Below, piece by piece: positions 1 through 11,798 of a DNA stretch of 64,000 bases. Each line of letters begins with the position of its first letter. The first letter of the stretch is position 1. The position numbers and the translations under genes are program-made. Where the stretch lies: NCBI RefSeq assembly GCF_006345805.1, contig NC_043010.1, forward strand, positions 4,712,001-4,776,000, written 5' to 3'. The notes below the pieces were generated by a model. It was not told the DNA's origin. It saw only the letters and a list, made by a program, of their open reading frames with translations, and did no database searches. The stretch comes from Octopus sinensis (Eukaryota).

Positions 1-520
1 TGTATCTGTGTTTATACAAATACTGTATTGACATATATTAGTATATTACAGAGTCTGTATATGTGCAAATACGCTCACACATACATAAACACATACAAAC
101 GTACAATCATACATTCATACATACACACCACCATTCATGCATATAAACATATATACATGCATACATATATGTAATTAATAATTTGTGCATAGTTTTCTGT
201 ACATGTTCATCTAACAATAGAAACAGCACAATTTTTGGAATTGTTTTATTCTTTTATACATCTCAATGTTATTTAGAATCAGTTCTGACTGAATATATTT
301 ATTATTAAGACATTTAGTATTCTGTACTTTAGAGTTGGAACTAAATTTCACCATTATTTATCTCAAGCATCGTTTAATTTTTGCAGTAGTCAAGTCACAT
401 CAGTTGATTCTTCACGGTTACATTTGTTGAATGCCGAAGAATCAAAGTTGGAAGCGCAGAGGCTAGCGAGTCATTCAAACTACCCATTAAATGTCCTTCA
501 AATTATAAATACACACACAT

Positions 521-880
521 CATCATCATCATTGTTCGACCGTGGTCGAGACAATGGACTTTACTATGCTACGCCAGACTTCACGGTCCATCATGGCATT
601 ACGGAGGTCCCGTTGCTGGATGCCTGTATCCCTGGAGATTACATCAGGGTAGGAGAGTGTGCGCCCTCTGGTATCGCGACCGTGGTCGAGACAATGGAAT
701 TTACCATGTTACGCCAGACTTCACGTTCCATCATGGCATTACGGAGGTCCTGTTGCTGGATGCCTGTATCCCTGGAGATTACATCAGGGTAGGAGAGTGT
801 GCGCTCTCTGTTATTGCGAGTAGATGCCTCGTTTTCAGCTCTACAACAATGTCCAGCAAACTGGATTCTCTTACCTTTCA
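521..880 (-). mobile_element. RTE-clade LINE 3' end with (GAT)n tail and duplicated terminal 140 bp
   Basis: RIQFAGHCCRAE...TLSYPDVISRDTG...DLRNAMMEREVWR resembles the RTE ORF C-terminus. (CAT)n tail at about 518-533; 140-bp period (541 vs 681). Confidence 0.75.
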
Positions 881-1083
881 CAAGCATGGCACAGACATGG
901 TCATCATAAGGTACAGCCACACTGGACAGTTGTCCAGGGACTTCAAAGATTTAGAGGTCCAGTTCTCATCTGTTCTGATACATGAATTCTGTAGCTTACT
1001 ATCCCAATAAATGAATACTATAGGACCTGGCACATTTACCCAAGGCCATACAATGCTGCAAATCAGGACCTGAATACTGGCAT

Positions 1084-1484
1084 TCTTTTACTCTTTTACT
1101 TGTTTGAGTCATTTGACTGTGGCCATGCTGGAGCACCACCTTTAGTCGAGCAAATCGACCCTAGGACTTATTCTTTGTAAGCCTAGTACTTATTCTATCG
1201 GTCTCTTTTTGCCGAACCGCTAAGTTACAGGGACGTAAACACACTAGCATCGGTTGTCAAGCGATTTTGGGAGGACAAACATAGACACACAAGCACATAC
1301 ACACACACATATATATATATATGATGGGCTTCTTTTAATTTCCATCTACCAAATCCACTCACAAGGCTTTGGTCGGCCCGAGGTTATAGTAGAAGACACT
1401 TGCCCAAGGTGCCACGCAGTGGGGGTGAACCCTGAACCATGTGGTCGGTAAACAAGCTACTTACCACACAGCCACTCCTACGCC
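1084..1484 (-). mobile_element. SINE A (tRNA-derived, internal (TA)n/(TG)n, GTAAAAGA tail)
   Basis: A box TGGCTGTGTGG and B-box-like GGTTCAGTCCC head; many copies in this window. Confidence 0.9.
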
Positions 1485-1969
1485 TCATATGTATATATGT
1501 ATTAAATAAATAAACATACAAACACACCCACAAATACAAACACAGAGCTTCTCCAAGGTGCCATGCAATGAGACTGATGCTGGAACCATGGAGTTAGGAA
1601 GCAAGCTTCTCACCACACAGTCATACTGCACCTATACTACAGAAATTTTTAAAACCAAGGTCTTTATTGCATGATGGCTGATGATCAATATTCACATATA
1701 CTTGTACAATTTCTCCTCTTTTATATCAAGATTCTCTAATAACCTTGTTCACTCTACCATATGTCCATATATATGTGTGTATGTGTGTGTGTGTATGTGT
1801 GTGTGTGTATGCACGCGTGCATGTGAGTGTTTGTGCATGTATGTACTCATGTATGCATGTATGTATGTATGTATGAATTTTCTTTTATTCTTTAATTTTT
1901 TTATTTGCTCCAGTCATTTGACTGTGGCCATGCTAGAGCACTGCCTTTAGTCAAACAAATCGACCCCAG

Positions 1970-2018
<49 letters not shown>

Positions 2019-2457
2019 AGTATGTATGTATATATGTATATGTGTATATGTTTGTGTGTCTGTGTTTGTCCCCCCACCTTCGCTCAACAATAGATGTTGG
2101 CATGTCTACGTCCAAGAAATGTAGTGGTTCGGCAAAAGAGACCGATAGAATAAGTACTAGGCCTGGGATCGATTTGCTTGACTAAAAGGTGGTGCTCTAG
2201 CATGGTGGCAGTCAAATGACTGAAACAAATAAAAGAATATATGTATATATATATATAGCTCTAACAATTGACCACAATAATATGATCATATGACTATATA
2301 TATAGTATTAATATCAATATGACTAATATGATTATATCTAATACACACCCACACATATGTTTACTCTTATGAATAATGTATAGGTGTTATTTATATATAT
2401 GTATATTTATATATACGCATCCACATATAGTATATCATCACCATTATTATTATTATT

Positions 2458-2747
2458 CTATGTTTGACTTTTGCTTTATATTTGTACAAGTTGGCTCCAA
2501 GTCTCACCCAGAGACCTCAAGAGACAACAGGTTGGAAGTTCGGGATGTTGTTATGCCTAGAGTGCCATATATTTGGTTTTGTATTTAGGGTTGTACTAGT
2601 GAATGTCAAAAAAAAAAAACCATACAAAAATTATGTTTGTTTTAAAACTTGAGATTACATAGAAAGTATTTTGCAGAGGATATGAGCAGTTCCCATGAGC
2701 ACTATCTTTTGAATTTCTGCCATTTTGGGGTTTCCTGGTATCTGAGT
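2458..2747 (-). mobile_element. 5'-truncated R4/Dong-like non-LTR retrotransposon in (TAA)n
   Basis: The minus strand encodes IPGNPKMAEIQKIVLMGTAHILCKILSM*, homologous to the C-terminus at 60574-60660. (TAA)n on both flanks. Confidence 0.7.
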
Positions 2748-2752
2748 TATTA

Positions 2753-2790
<38 letters not shown>

Positions 2791-2791
2791 G

Positions 2792-5206
2792 TTAAAGATA
2801 CTTTACCTGGTGTATTTCTTGTAAATAGCTGGGATGTGGAATTTCGGTAGTTGAAGTGTTCCAGTTTGTAGATGAGTTATCTCCCGTATGAGTGTCTCTT
2901 CTCAGTGATGCTGATCGTGAATGGGCACTGTTCACAGAATCCGTTACCACTGTAATTGGAATGTCATATTTTGGAGAGTCTTGCTCACAAAAATATCTTG
3001 AACGTCTTCCTTGTTTTATGCATTTTTTATTTAAATTAAAATGTGTATGCCTCTGATTTCTTTTGTGAACAATACATACAATCACCGAGACCACAATAGC
3101 AACAGACACTATTACTGCAGCCACTACTATAATAATCATCAGGTTAATATGTATTCTGTTGTCTGATTCCGTGTCTTCAGCTGTGTACATTCTGGCAGTT
3201 GTATTGCTAACAGTTAGTGTCAAAGACAGTGTGGTTGTTGTTGATAAAACTGGTGTACCATTGTCTTTGACAGCTAATTTTAGATTATATGATCCAGCAT
3301 CATTTTGGTAAACTGTACGAGAGAAAGACAAAACTCCTGTGTAAGGGTTAACTGTAAATAACTGTTTGTCATTGCCTCCAAGTATTTCATATCTGAGGAA
3401 GGAATTTACATGGCTGTCTCTGTCGGAGGCTCTTAATGTTGTGATGTCACTCTTACTCTGTGGATGGTAGTGGACGTCTATATTAAATAATTTGATACTT
3501 GGAAATGTAAAGTATGGTGCATTGTCATTTTTATCCATAACTTCAACAATAACATTAGCTGTATTACTTAACCGTGGTTCACCATTATCTTTTACGATAG
3601 CCTTAAATTCGTACATGTCTTGTTTTTCATGATCCAAAGATTGAGCTGTTGTAATAAATCCAAAATTGGAAATCTTAAATGGAAGAACATATCCATGTTC
3701 ATCAAACAAAGAATATGATAGTTGTCCTCCAAGACCTAAATCAGGATCTGTAGCATTGATAAACCCAACAGGAAAATTAGGTTCTTCATTTTCATAAGTT
3801 AAGAATTTAAATGTGCTTTTTGTAAAGTATGGTTGTACATCATTGACATCCATCACATCAATAGAAAATTTTCTCTCTGTCTTTAAGGATGGAAATCCCT
3901 TATCTTCACAGACAATACTTAAGTCCATGTGACTTTCTAATTCCCTGTTAACAAGACTTTTGATAACGACTTTATATTTATTTTTCCCCAGACTTTGTAG
4001 CATAAACTTGTCATGATTTAGAATACAATCAACTTCTCCATTGTGGCCACTGTCATTATCAATGACCTTCACATAAGCAATGAAACTACCAACTTTCACT
4101 CCTTCTGATATGGAAACCACATTTCCATCCGATTTAGAAACGAATTTCACATCAATCCTTGGAGCATTGTTCTGTTGGTTTAAAACATTAATAAGAACAA
4201 TTGCTGTAGAACTCAATGGAGGACTACCATGATCTGTGGCATCAATGAAAAGGTTATAGGTTTGTCTTTTACCAAATGGAAAATTACTGTTTAAAAATAT
4301 TTCTCCTGTATTTTTATTTATATTAAAATAAGATTGTGTCAGTGATGAGGTTTTGAGATTGAAATTATATGAAACATTCCCATTTTCACCAGCATCTAAA
4401 TCATCTGCAAACATTGTGATTACTGGCTCATTTCTCTGGTGTGCACTGCTTATAGTAATGTTATTTGTATTATGTGTGAAGACAGGTGCATGGTCATTTT
4501 CATCTATAACAGACACTTCAACTTTCAAAATGCCAACTTTTCTTGGGAACCCCCCATTACTGGCAACAATCTGGAGTGAATAATGGCTTTTCACTTCTCG
4601 ATCGAGTTCTTGAGTTAAACTTAATTTTAATTTCGAGGTACCAAGAACACTGTTTAAAATCGATAGACCAAATGGTTCATCTTCATCCTTGCTTAAGTGG
4701 TATGTAATTTGAGAATTTGCAATACTAACATCTTTGTCCATGGCATTTGGGATAGATTTTGTTGTTCCTTTTTTATCACTTTCATAGAACTGGAGATGGA
4801 TAAGTTTCACTGGAAATTCAGGAGGGTTGTCATTATCATCAACTATAATAATTTTCAGTTCAATTATCTTCAGGAAAGTTTCCTCTTGTTGAACAGCAAT
4901 TTCAATTATTCTTGAACATTCACTGTTATATTTGCAAAGTGACTCAGCATCAAATGTATGTGTGGTGTATAATTTTCCTCCCTTGGTAACATTAAATAAC
5001 TGTGAATTACCATTTAATCTTTCATACAGTTGACTAAATGTGATTGGTTTGCGATTAGACATTAAGATACTGTCTAACAAACTAGTATCAGCAGTGATAT
5101 CACCAATAAAAGTTCCAGGCCTTTGACCCTCTTTCACATGGTAAGTAAGATCAACAGACACTGCTAGCTTTATAAACAACAACAGCATGGAAAGATTAAT
5201 CTTCAT
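2792..5206 (-). CDS. Pcdh: Protocadherin: signal peptide, 6 cadherin (EC) repeats, TM helix and partial cytoplasmic tail, all in one large coding exon (804 aa if read to the in-frame TAA; probably spliced at 2807/2806)
   Basis: The track ORF starts at a GTG; the first ATG is at 5206 (MKINLSMLLLFIKLAVS, signal-like). Motifs: DDNDNPPEF, LDRE, DENDHAPVF, DVNDVQPYF, LDHE, DKNDNAPYF, and C-X5-C in EC1 (CKYNSEC). TM helix IIIVVAAVIVSVAIVVSVIVCIV. The family is recognised, the specific paralogue is not. Confidence 0.95.
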   Translation of the reverse strand: MKINLSMLLLFIKLAVSVDLTYHVKEGQRPGTFIGDITADTSLLDSILMSNRKPITFSQLYERLNGNSQLFNVTKGGKLYTTHTFDAESLCKYNSECSRIIEIAVQQEETFLKIIELKIIIVDDNDNPPEFPVKLIHLQFYESDKKGTTKSIPNAMDKDVSIANSQITYHLSKDEDEPFGLSILNSVLGTSKLKLSLTQELDREVKSHYSLQIVASNGGFPRKVGILKVEVSVIDENDHAPVFTHNTNNITISSAHQRNEPVITMFADDLDAGENGNVSYNFNLKTSSLTQSYFNINKNTGEIFLNSNFPFGKRQTYNLFIDATDHGSPPLSSTAIVLINVLNQQNNAPRIDVKFVSKSDGNVVSISEGVKVGSFIAYVKVIDNDSGHNGEVDCILNHDKFMLQSLGKNKYKVVIKSLVNRELESHMDLSIVCEDKGFPSLKTERKFSIDVMDVNDVQPYFTKSTFKFLTYENEEPNFPVGFINATDPDLGLGGQLSYSLFDEHGYVLPFKISNFGFITTAQSLDHEKQDMYEFKAIVKDNGEPRLSNTANVIVEVMDKNDNAPYFTFPSIKLFNIDVHYHPQSKSDITTLRASDRDSHVNSFLRYEILGGNDKQLFTVNPYTGVLSFSRTVYQNDAGSYNLKLAVKDNGTPVLSTTTTLSLTLTVSNTTARMYTAEDTESDNRIHINLMIIIVVAAVIVSVAIVVSVIVCIVHKRNQRHTHFNLNKKCIKQGRRSRYFCEQDSPKYDIPITVVTDSVNSAHSRSASLRRDTHTGDNSSTNWNTSTTEIPHPSYLQEIHQVKYL
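2801..2809 (-). other. Splice donor ending the protocadherin coding exon (phase 0)
   Basis: The minus strand reads CAG|GTAAAG, four codons before the read-through TAA. No downstream exon was recognised in 1-2800. Confidence 0.65.
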
Positions 5207-5276
5207 ATTATCTTTTAATATCACTTTAGTCAGAAATTTTTTAAAAAATTATTTTTTGCAGGCATTTATGTTAAAT

Positions 5277-5300
5277 CTGAAAAAGACGAGAAAAGAAAAG
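5277..5300 (-). other. Splice acceptor of the protocadherin coding exon
   Basis: The minus strand reads CTTTTCTTTTCTCGTCTTTTTCAG|ATTTAA: a polypyrimidine tract and AG, 70 nt upstream of the ATG. Confidence 0.75.
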
Positions 5301-5656
5301 CATTATAATTTTGCTTCCATAAAATTTTTAAAGAAAAAAAAACCAGCTAAAATAAAAATTTACTTTTACATCGATTGAATTAAATATTTCACACAATATA
5401 TGGAATTATCAAAATCTTTTTCAGAGTAATGGAAAACCAAAACTGTTGTTATGTTAGTTATAAAAATGTATTGTGGAATCTATAATTTAAACTCAGCAGC
5501 ACGGCAATGATATCAGCAGGAACAAAAAGCAGTTCTTGGTGTGAGCATCTCATTACAATGGATTCAGCAGTTGATTGAAGAGCATTAATGAAATATATTT
5601 AAAAGTAGGTGTAACCTCATCTACTCTGCTGCCTCAATAGTCATGACGAGGAAGTG

Positions 5657-5704
<48 letters not shown>

Positions 5705-5822
5705 GCACTAATAATTTTTTTTCAAAAAATTTTAAGTATGCTATGAAGTGGTGTTAAATTTCTTAAAGTGGGTGTAACCTGATTTTTCAATATCTTTCTG
5801 ATGAGAAATAAAATTTTATAAA

Positions 5823-5823
5823 A

Positions 5824-5887
<64 letters not shown>

Positions 5888-5905
5888 TTGATGATGATGA
5901 TAATG

Positions 5906-5942
<37 letters not shown>

Positions 5943-6010
5943 TAATAATAATAATGATAATAATAATAATAATAATGATAATAATAATAATAATGATAAT
6001 AATAATAATA
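5823..6010. repeat. (AAT/GAT)n microsatellite
   Basis: Seen directly. Confidence 0.98.
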
Positions 6011-6492
6011 CAAGTTTAATACGTAGAATAATGGAATGAAAAATATCAATTTAGGTTTAACTTGAACTATTTGGTGCAATGTAAAATAGGAAATAAGAAA
6101 GGATTACCGTGTAGAAGGAAGTGAAGAAATATTTCTAAAAGAATTTAAGTAACAGTTTTACTCTTATAGTATACTTAATATTTATTGTTTTGTTCTTTTT
6201 GTTCTTTCAGCCATTTGACAGCAGCCATGCTGGGACTGAACCCAGAATCATGTAGTTGGGAAGCAAGCTTCTTACCACACAGTCATGCCTGCACCTATTG
6301 ATTTATATTTTGTGTAGTTTACCTGGTATTAATGGTTTATATATATTATTCCTAGCATCTGCTGCAAAACTAATGTAAGAAACATTTTAAAATGTTAGAT
6401 ATGTGTCTTTTCTCTCAGTTTGGAGGGTGAGTCCAGATATGTCATGTGGTACTTGGGTGCATGCCTTTAGTTGTGTTCTCTCTATTTGCAAG

Positions 6493-6849
6493 CATTTGGC
6501 CTTAAACATTTGGCCTTAAATGTTTGGCCTTAAATGCTTGGCCTTAAACGTTTGGCCTTAAACGCTTGGCCTTAAACATTTGGCCTTAAACATTTGGCCT
6601 TAACCATTTGGCCTTAAACGTTTGGCCTTAAACATTTGGCCTTAAATATTTGGCCTTAAACATTTGGCCTTAAACGTTTGGCCTTAAATATTTGGCCTTA
6701 AACGTTTGGCCTTAAACATTTGGCCTTAAACATTTGGCCTTAAACGCTTGGCCTTAAACATTTGGCCTTAAACATTTGGCCTTAAACGTTTGGCCTTAAA
6801 CATTTGGCCTTAAACATTTGGCCTTAAAAGTTTGGCCTTAAACATTTGG
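6493..6849. repeat. 14-bp minisatellite, 25 full units plus a partial unit
   Basis: Consensus CATTTGGCCTTAAA, counted directly; variation is almost confined to the first three positions of the unit. Confidence 0.98.
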
Positions 6850-6947
6850 TTCTCTCACCATTCATATTTTTCAAGTGTGGAACTTTGGGAAAGTGGCTTT
6901 CTGGAAGCCCATTGTGTGTGTGTGTGTGTGTGTGTGAGTGTGTGTAT

Positions 6948-7273
6948 TAAGGGATGACTCCACTTTGGTCATAAATGACCATGGGATTGCACCTAGAAAG
7001 ATATCCTCCCAGGCACAAGTCCAGGCAAGGTTGTTTATGGGAGACCACCAGTCACCCATGCATGCCAGCCTCCACTCTCCATTCCACTGATGCTATCCAA
7101 GGGAAAGGCAAAGGCTGATACAACTTGGCTCCAGTAATATTACAACTCTTTTCTACAGCTGAGTGAACTGGAGCAAGGTGAAATAAAGTGTCTTGCTCAA
7201 GAACACAGCACACTGCCTGGTCCTGGAATCAAACTCACTACCTCATGATTGTGAGCCTGATGCTCTAACCACT
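6948..7273 (-). mobile_element. SINE B (tRNA-like head, CTTGAGCAAGACACTT block)
   Basis: Homologous to 19717-20056 and 35035-35322. Confidence 0.8.
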
Positions 7274-7844
7274 GTGTTGGATCTTGAGCCTACAGTGGAC
7301 CGTGGGCTGCATGCCATAGTATACTCCTGTGTGAGTTTACTTATGCATTGAGTATTTGACCCATACTTGTTAATGTATGCGTAATTAGTACAAATCTGCA
7401 GTTACTCTATCCAGATTACAAATTCAGATTTATACCTGTAATTATTGGGGTCCTAAAATATGTAACACACTGCCTAAATATCGATCTTGAGAAATTTGGC
7501 TTCTCAAAATCAGAAAGGAGAAAGCTAATTTAAAGACCACAGATCCAATCCATCACCGGAACTGTAAAAATCTGTAAAACTTTCCAGAAGTTTATCATTT
7601 AAGTATGTATGAGCATGTCTAGATATGCAACTGTATGCATGAGATATGCAAACATATACATAAAACAAAACGTACAAAACTGCACATATGCATACATACA
7701 CACACATATACATACATACATATATACATACATACAAAAATACCCTGGTGATGTCTAATTTCTTATGAAAGAGCCTTGTATTTAGGTTAGAAACCAACTC
7801 TTTCTCTATTGACGAGAAATCTTGAAATAAAACTGAATAATGGC

Positions 7845-8120
7845 ATACATACATACATGCATGCATACATACATACATACATACATACATACATACACAC
7901 ACACACATACATACATACATACATACATACATACATACATACACACATACATACATACATACATACATACATGCATACATACATACACACGCATACATAC
8001 ATACATATACACACACACATACATACATAAATACATACATACATACATACATACATACATACATACATACATACATACACACACACACATACATATATGC
8101 ATGCATGCATACTTACATAC
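7845..8120. repeat. (CATA)n microsatellite
   Basis: Seen directly; it follows the tail AAAACTGAATAATGGCATAC, also seen at about 26708. Confidence 0.98.
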
Positions 8121-8124
8121 ATAT

Positions 8125-8347
8125 ATAGAGAGTCCATTAAAAAAATGTATACACACTTGAGGAAAGAAAAAAATCTGTATAAATATTTAACTTGTGTAAG
8201 TACCTCTATAAATATAAATACCTCTTTCAATGTTTTATCAAATTGCTATAACACTGAATAAAATGCAATAACGCTAAAATAAAATATTTAGACAAATTTT
8301 TCCTTTCCTGAAGTGCGTACACATTTTTTTTTGGTGGACACTCTGTG
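8125..8347. mobile_element. Tc1/mariner-type MITE
   Basis: Imperfect TIRs of about 40 bp: GAGAGTCCATTAAAAAAATGTATACACACTT / AAGTGCGTACACATTTTTTTTTGGTGGACACTCTG. Confidence 0.65.
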
Positions 8348-8417
8348 CATACTTACATACATACATATATACATGTATACATACATGCATGCATACATAT
8401 CTACATACACACAGATA

Positions 8418-8658
8418 CTCTTTACTCTTTTTACTCTTTTACTTGTTTCAGTCATTTGACTGCAGCCATGCTGGAGCACCGCCTTTAATCGAGCAAATCG
8501 ACCCCAGGACTTATTCTTTGTAAGCCTAGTACTTATTCTATCGGTCTCTTTTGCTGAACCGCTAAGTTACGAGTACGTAAGCACACCAACATCGGTTGTC
8601 AAGTGATGTTGGGGGAACACACAAACATATATACACACAAACATATATACACACATAC

Positions 8659-8705
<47 letters not shown>

Positions 8706-8885
8706 ATATATATACATATATATGACAGGCTTCTTTCAGTTTCCATCTACCAAACCCACTCACAAGGCTTTGGTCAGCCTGTGGCTATAGTAGAAGACAC
8801 TTGCCCAAGGTGCCACGCAGTGGGACTGAACCCGGAACCATGTGGTTTGTGAGCAAGCTACTTACCTCACAGCCACTCCTACGCC
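8418..8885 (-). mobile_element. SINE A
   Basis: Full copy. Confidence 0.9.
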
Positions 8886-10819
8886 TATGAGGAATTTTTT
8901 CTCACTTTTTCTTACCCAATTCTACTCACAAGATATTGACCATATTTGTGTAAGGAACAGAGGGTGTATATGCATGTACATGTGTGTGTGTTTGTGAATG
9001 TTGTTGCCATGTGTCCTCACTAACAACACTAAGCAAAAACAGTGTGTTTCTTTTCAAAGACACCAGTTTTGCTGAGGTAAAACTCCCACAGTTTCTGTAG
9101 TATTACAGCTTTCAATGTTCGAGGATCAATGAACCGAAAGTATTTTTCTATGATTGGTAACATGAAGAATACTGAGTAGTGAAAAACCTGCTTCAACAAG
9201 TCATGTCTAATCCATACTCAAATGGGAAAATAAATGTAAAATGATGACAACAATGAAGGTACTGCTGCCACCACCACCACCAACAATGATGATGATGATG
9301 ATGATGATGATAATGATGATGATACAGATGTTTAAACTGGATAACAACTACATCAATTTTAACATTCTAAGAGAAATTTGAAGGGACCACCATATACTTC
9401 CCCAGTTCTCGACTAATTTGTCTAAATTAAAGAAAGAAAGAAATAAGTAAAAATGTAATTATTGAATTTTTGTTGTGTTCAAATTCCATCAAGGTCGACT
9501 TTACTTTCCTTCCTTTTTGGGATTTGATAAAATAAAGTACCTGTCAAGTACCGGGACTGATACCAGCAACAAAATCTGTCTCCCAAATTTCAAACCTTGT
9601 ACTTATGTTAGAATCAATTATTATTACTAAGATATCTAATATTTAGCTTTATATTGGCCAATATATTTTGAGATGGTTATTATAAATTTGATTTATCTAA
9701 AAAATATAAAAGGTGAAATAAAATATTTGCAAACATCAACTTAGAAATTTTACTAAATTGCTACAAAAAGTAAGTATGCAATAACATTATTTGGTCCTCA
9801 AGAATCAATTTCTTTTACCATAATCCTCACACCTCATAATTATTTCTTTACCCATAATATATTTTTTAAAACTTTTCATATCAAATTTAAATTAAGAAAG
9901 AACTCTTAAGCAATATAAAACAATATGCATTATTGTGAGAAAAAAAACAAAAAAAAAATAAGAATAATATCCCTCTCCTCCTCTCTACTTTGGTTCTAAA
10001 AATATTCTCATAATTACAATATTTTACTTTAAAACTGAAATTTTAGAAACCAATTTTGTGCTTCACAATGAAACCTAATAACGAACTTATTATTTTCATT
10101 TCTGTATGAAATTACACCTGTACTCTATTTTGCTTTTTTTCTATCAATATATAGTCCGACTTGATCATCACCAAGTGTGCTGTTGTCCAAAGTCAACTCC
10201 TCAATGAAGCAAGCCAGCTTTAACATTAAACTAAATTACTTCATCTTGCATTTTTTTTTTGTTTTTTTGTTGCTGATATTTACTTCTATAGTTTCTATTC
10301 ACCAGCTATTATTGACATAAAAAATTTATTCACTCAGTTCTCATCATCTCTTTATATTACATCTCTATAACTACTTCAGAATTCTTTCTTTCAGACAATA
10401 TTTGATGCCTTCGTTATTATTTTAAATCGCCAAGTCTTGATGTTATATTATGAAATACTATGTTTTTTTTTTAGGGGTTTTTTTTTTTTTTGATTAAAAA
10501 TGGATGCCTACTGATATATATGAGTGCTTGTTGCAGAGTATTTTGTGAAATACATACATTTCTTTTCTTTTTTGTACAGAATATTGTGCTAAAACAAACT
10601 GTCTACATTGTTATATTAAATATAGCATGATTATAGACACACACTCACATACTCACACACGTATATATGAAGGCAGTGAATTAGGAAAACTTTTAGAGCA
10701 TAGGATATCTTGCTTAGTGGTGTTCAGTCCTTGTCTGAATGTTCTAAGTTCAAATACAGCTGAGATCATCTTTGTCTTTTATCCTTGCAGAGTGTATCAA
10801 TCCTGAACTGGGGCCAGTT

Positions 10820-11125
10820 CTCATTCTTTTTGTTTATTTCTCTCTTTCTCTCTTCTCATTCTCCTCTCTCTGTCTCTGTCTCCTCCCCGCCCTTCCTCTC
10901 CACTCTCTTCCTTTCCTTCTCTCCCTCATCCCTTTCTATTCCTCTCCCTCTTTCTATTTCCCTCCCCCTCTCTGCCTTTCACTGTCTCACTATCTCTCCC
11001 TTTCCCCCTCTACCTAATCCCTTCCCCACTCAGTTACTTTCTCTATCTCTCTCTTTCTTTATCTCTGCTCCACCCACACCCTGTCTTTATCTATCTCCAC
11101 TCAACCCCCATCTGTCTCTGGAAGG
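10820..11125. repeat. Polypyrimidine (CT-rich) low-complexity tract
   Basis: About 300 bp, strongly C/T-biased on the plus strand. Confidence 0.95.
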
Positions 11126-11385
11126 AATTAACTGAGTGTAGACCATGAAAGTTATGGGGCCAGCCAGGTTTCAAAACGTTCAAGACACGCTTTGTGTCAT
11201 GATAGCACCCTTAAAACTCCATCAGAACCCAAGGGCTCATGGCATATACATGTACATACATTTGTATGAAGATTAACAGAGAGGCAGATTAAATGTATTG
11301 AATTAATACACTGGACCCTATAAATAGATATCATTTCATTTGCAAAGATTTTGAAATTTGTCACCATTCAGTTTTAATACTTTCA

Positions 11386-11798
11386 GGCGCAGGAGTGGCT
11401 GTGTGGTAAGTAGCATGTCTACCAACCGCATGGTTCCGGGTTCAGTCCCACTGCGTGGCACCTTGGGCAAGTGTCTTCTACTATAGCCTCGGGCCGACCA
11501 AAGCCTTGTGAGTGGATTTGGTAGATGGAAACTGAAAGAAGCCCATCGTATATATGTATATATATATATATATATGCGTGTGTGTGTTTGTGTGTCTGTG
11601 TTTGTCCCCCTAGCATTGCTTGACAACCGATGCTGGTGTGTTTATGTCCCTGTCACTTAGCGGTTCGGCAAAAGAGACCGATAGAATAAGTACTGGGCTT
11701 ACAAAAGAATAAGTCCCGGGGTCGAGTTGCTCGATTAAAGGCGGTGCTCCAGCATGGCCGCAGTCAAATGATTGAAACAAGTAAAAGAGTAAAAGAGA
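11386..11798 (+). mobile_element. SINE A
   Basis: Full copy, GGCGCAGGAGTGGCTG...GTAAAAGAG. Confidence 0.9.

Noticed and set aside
1-2450. Downstream cytoplasmic exon of the protocadherin
   Set aside because: Only repeats were recognised; any such exon probably lies left of the window.
5207-5224. Track ORF start at 5224
   Set aside because: That codon is GTG; the first in-frame ATG is at 5206 and gives a plausible signal peptide.
5230-5265. 11-codon upstream ORF (MPAKNNFLKNF) in the 5'UTR part of the exon
   Set aside because: It is present in the sequence but short and AT-rich, with no evidence of function.
6493-6849. CRISPR-like array (also 35787-35876 and 62304-62622)
   Set aside because: There are no unique spacers of suitable length and no cas genes, and the context is eukaryotic.
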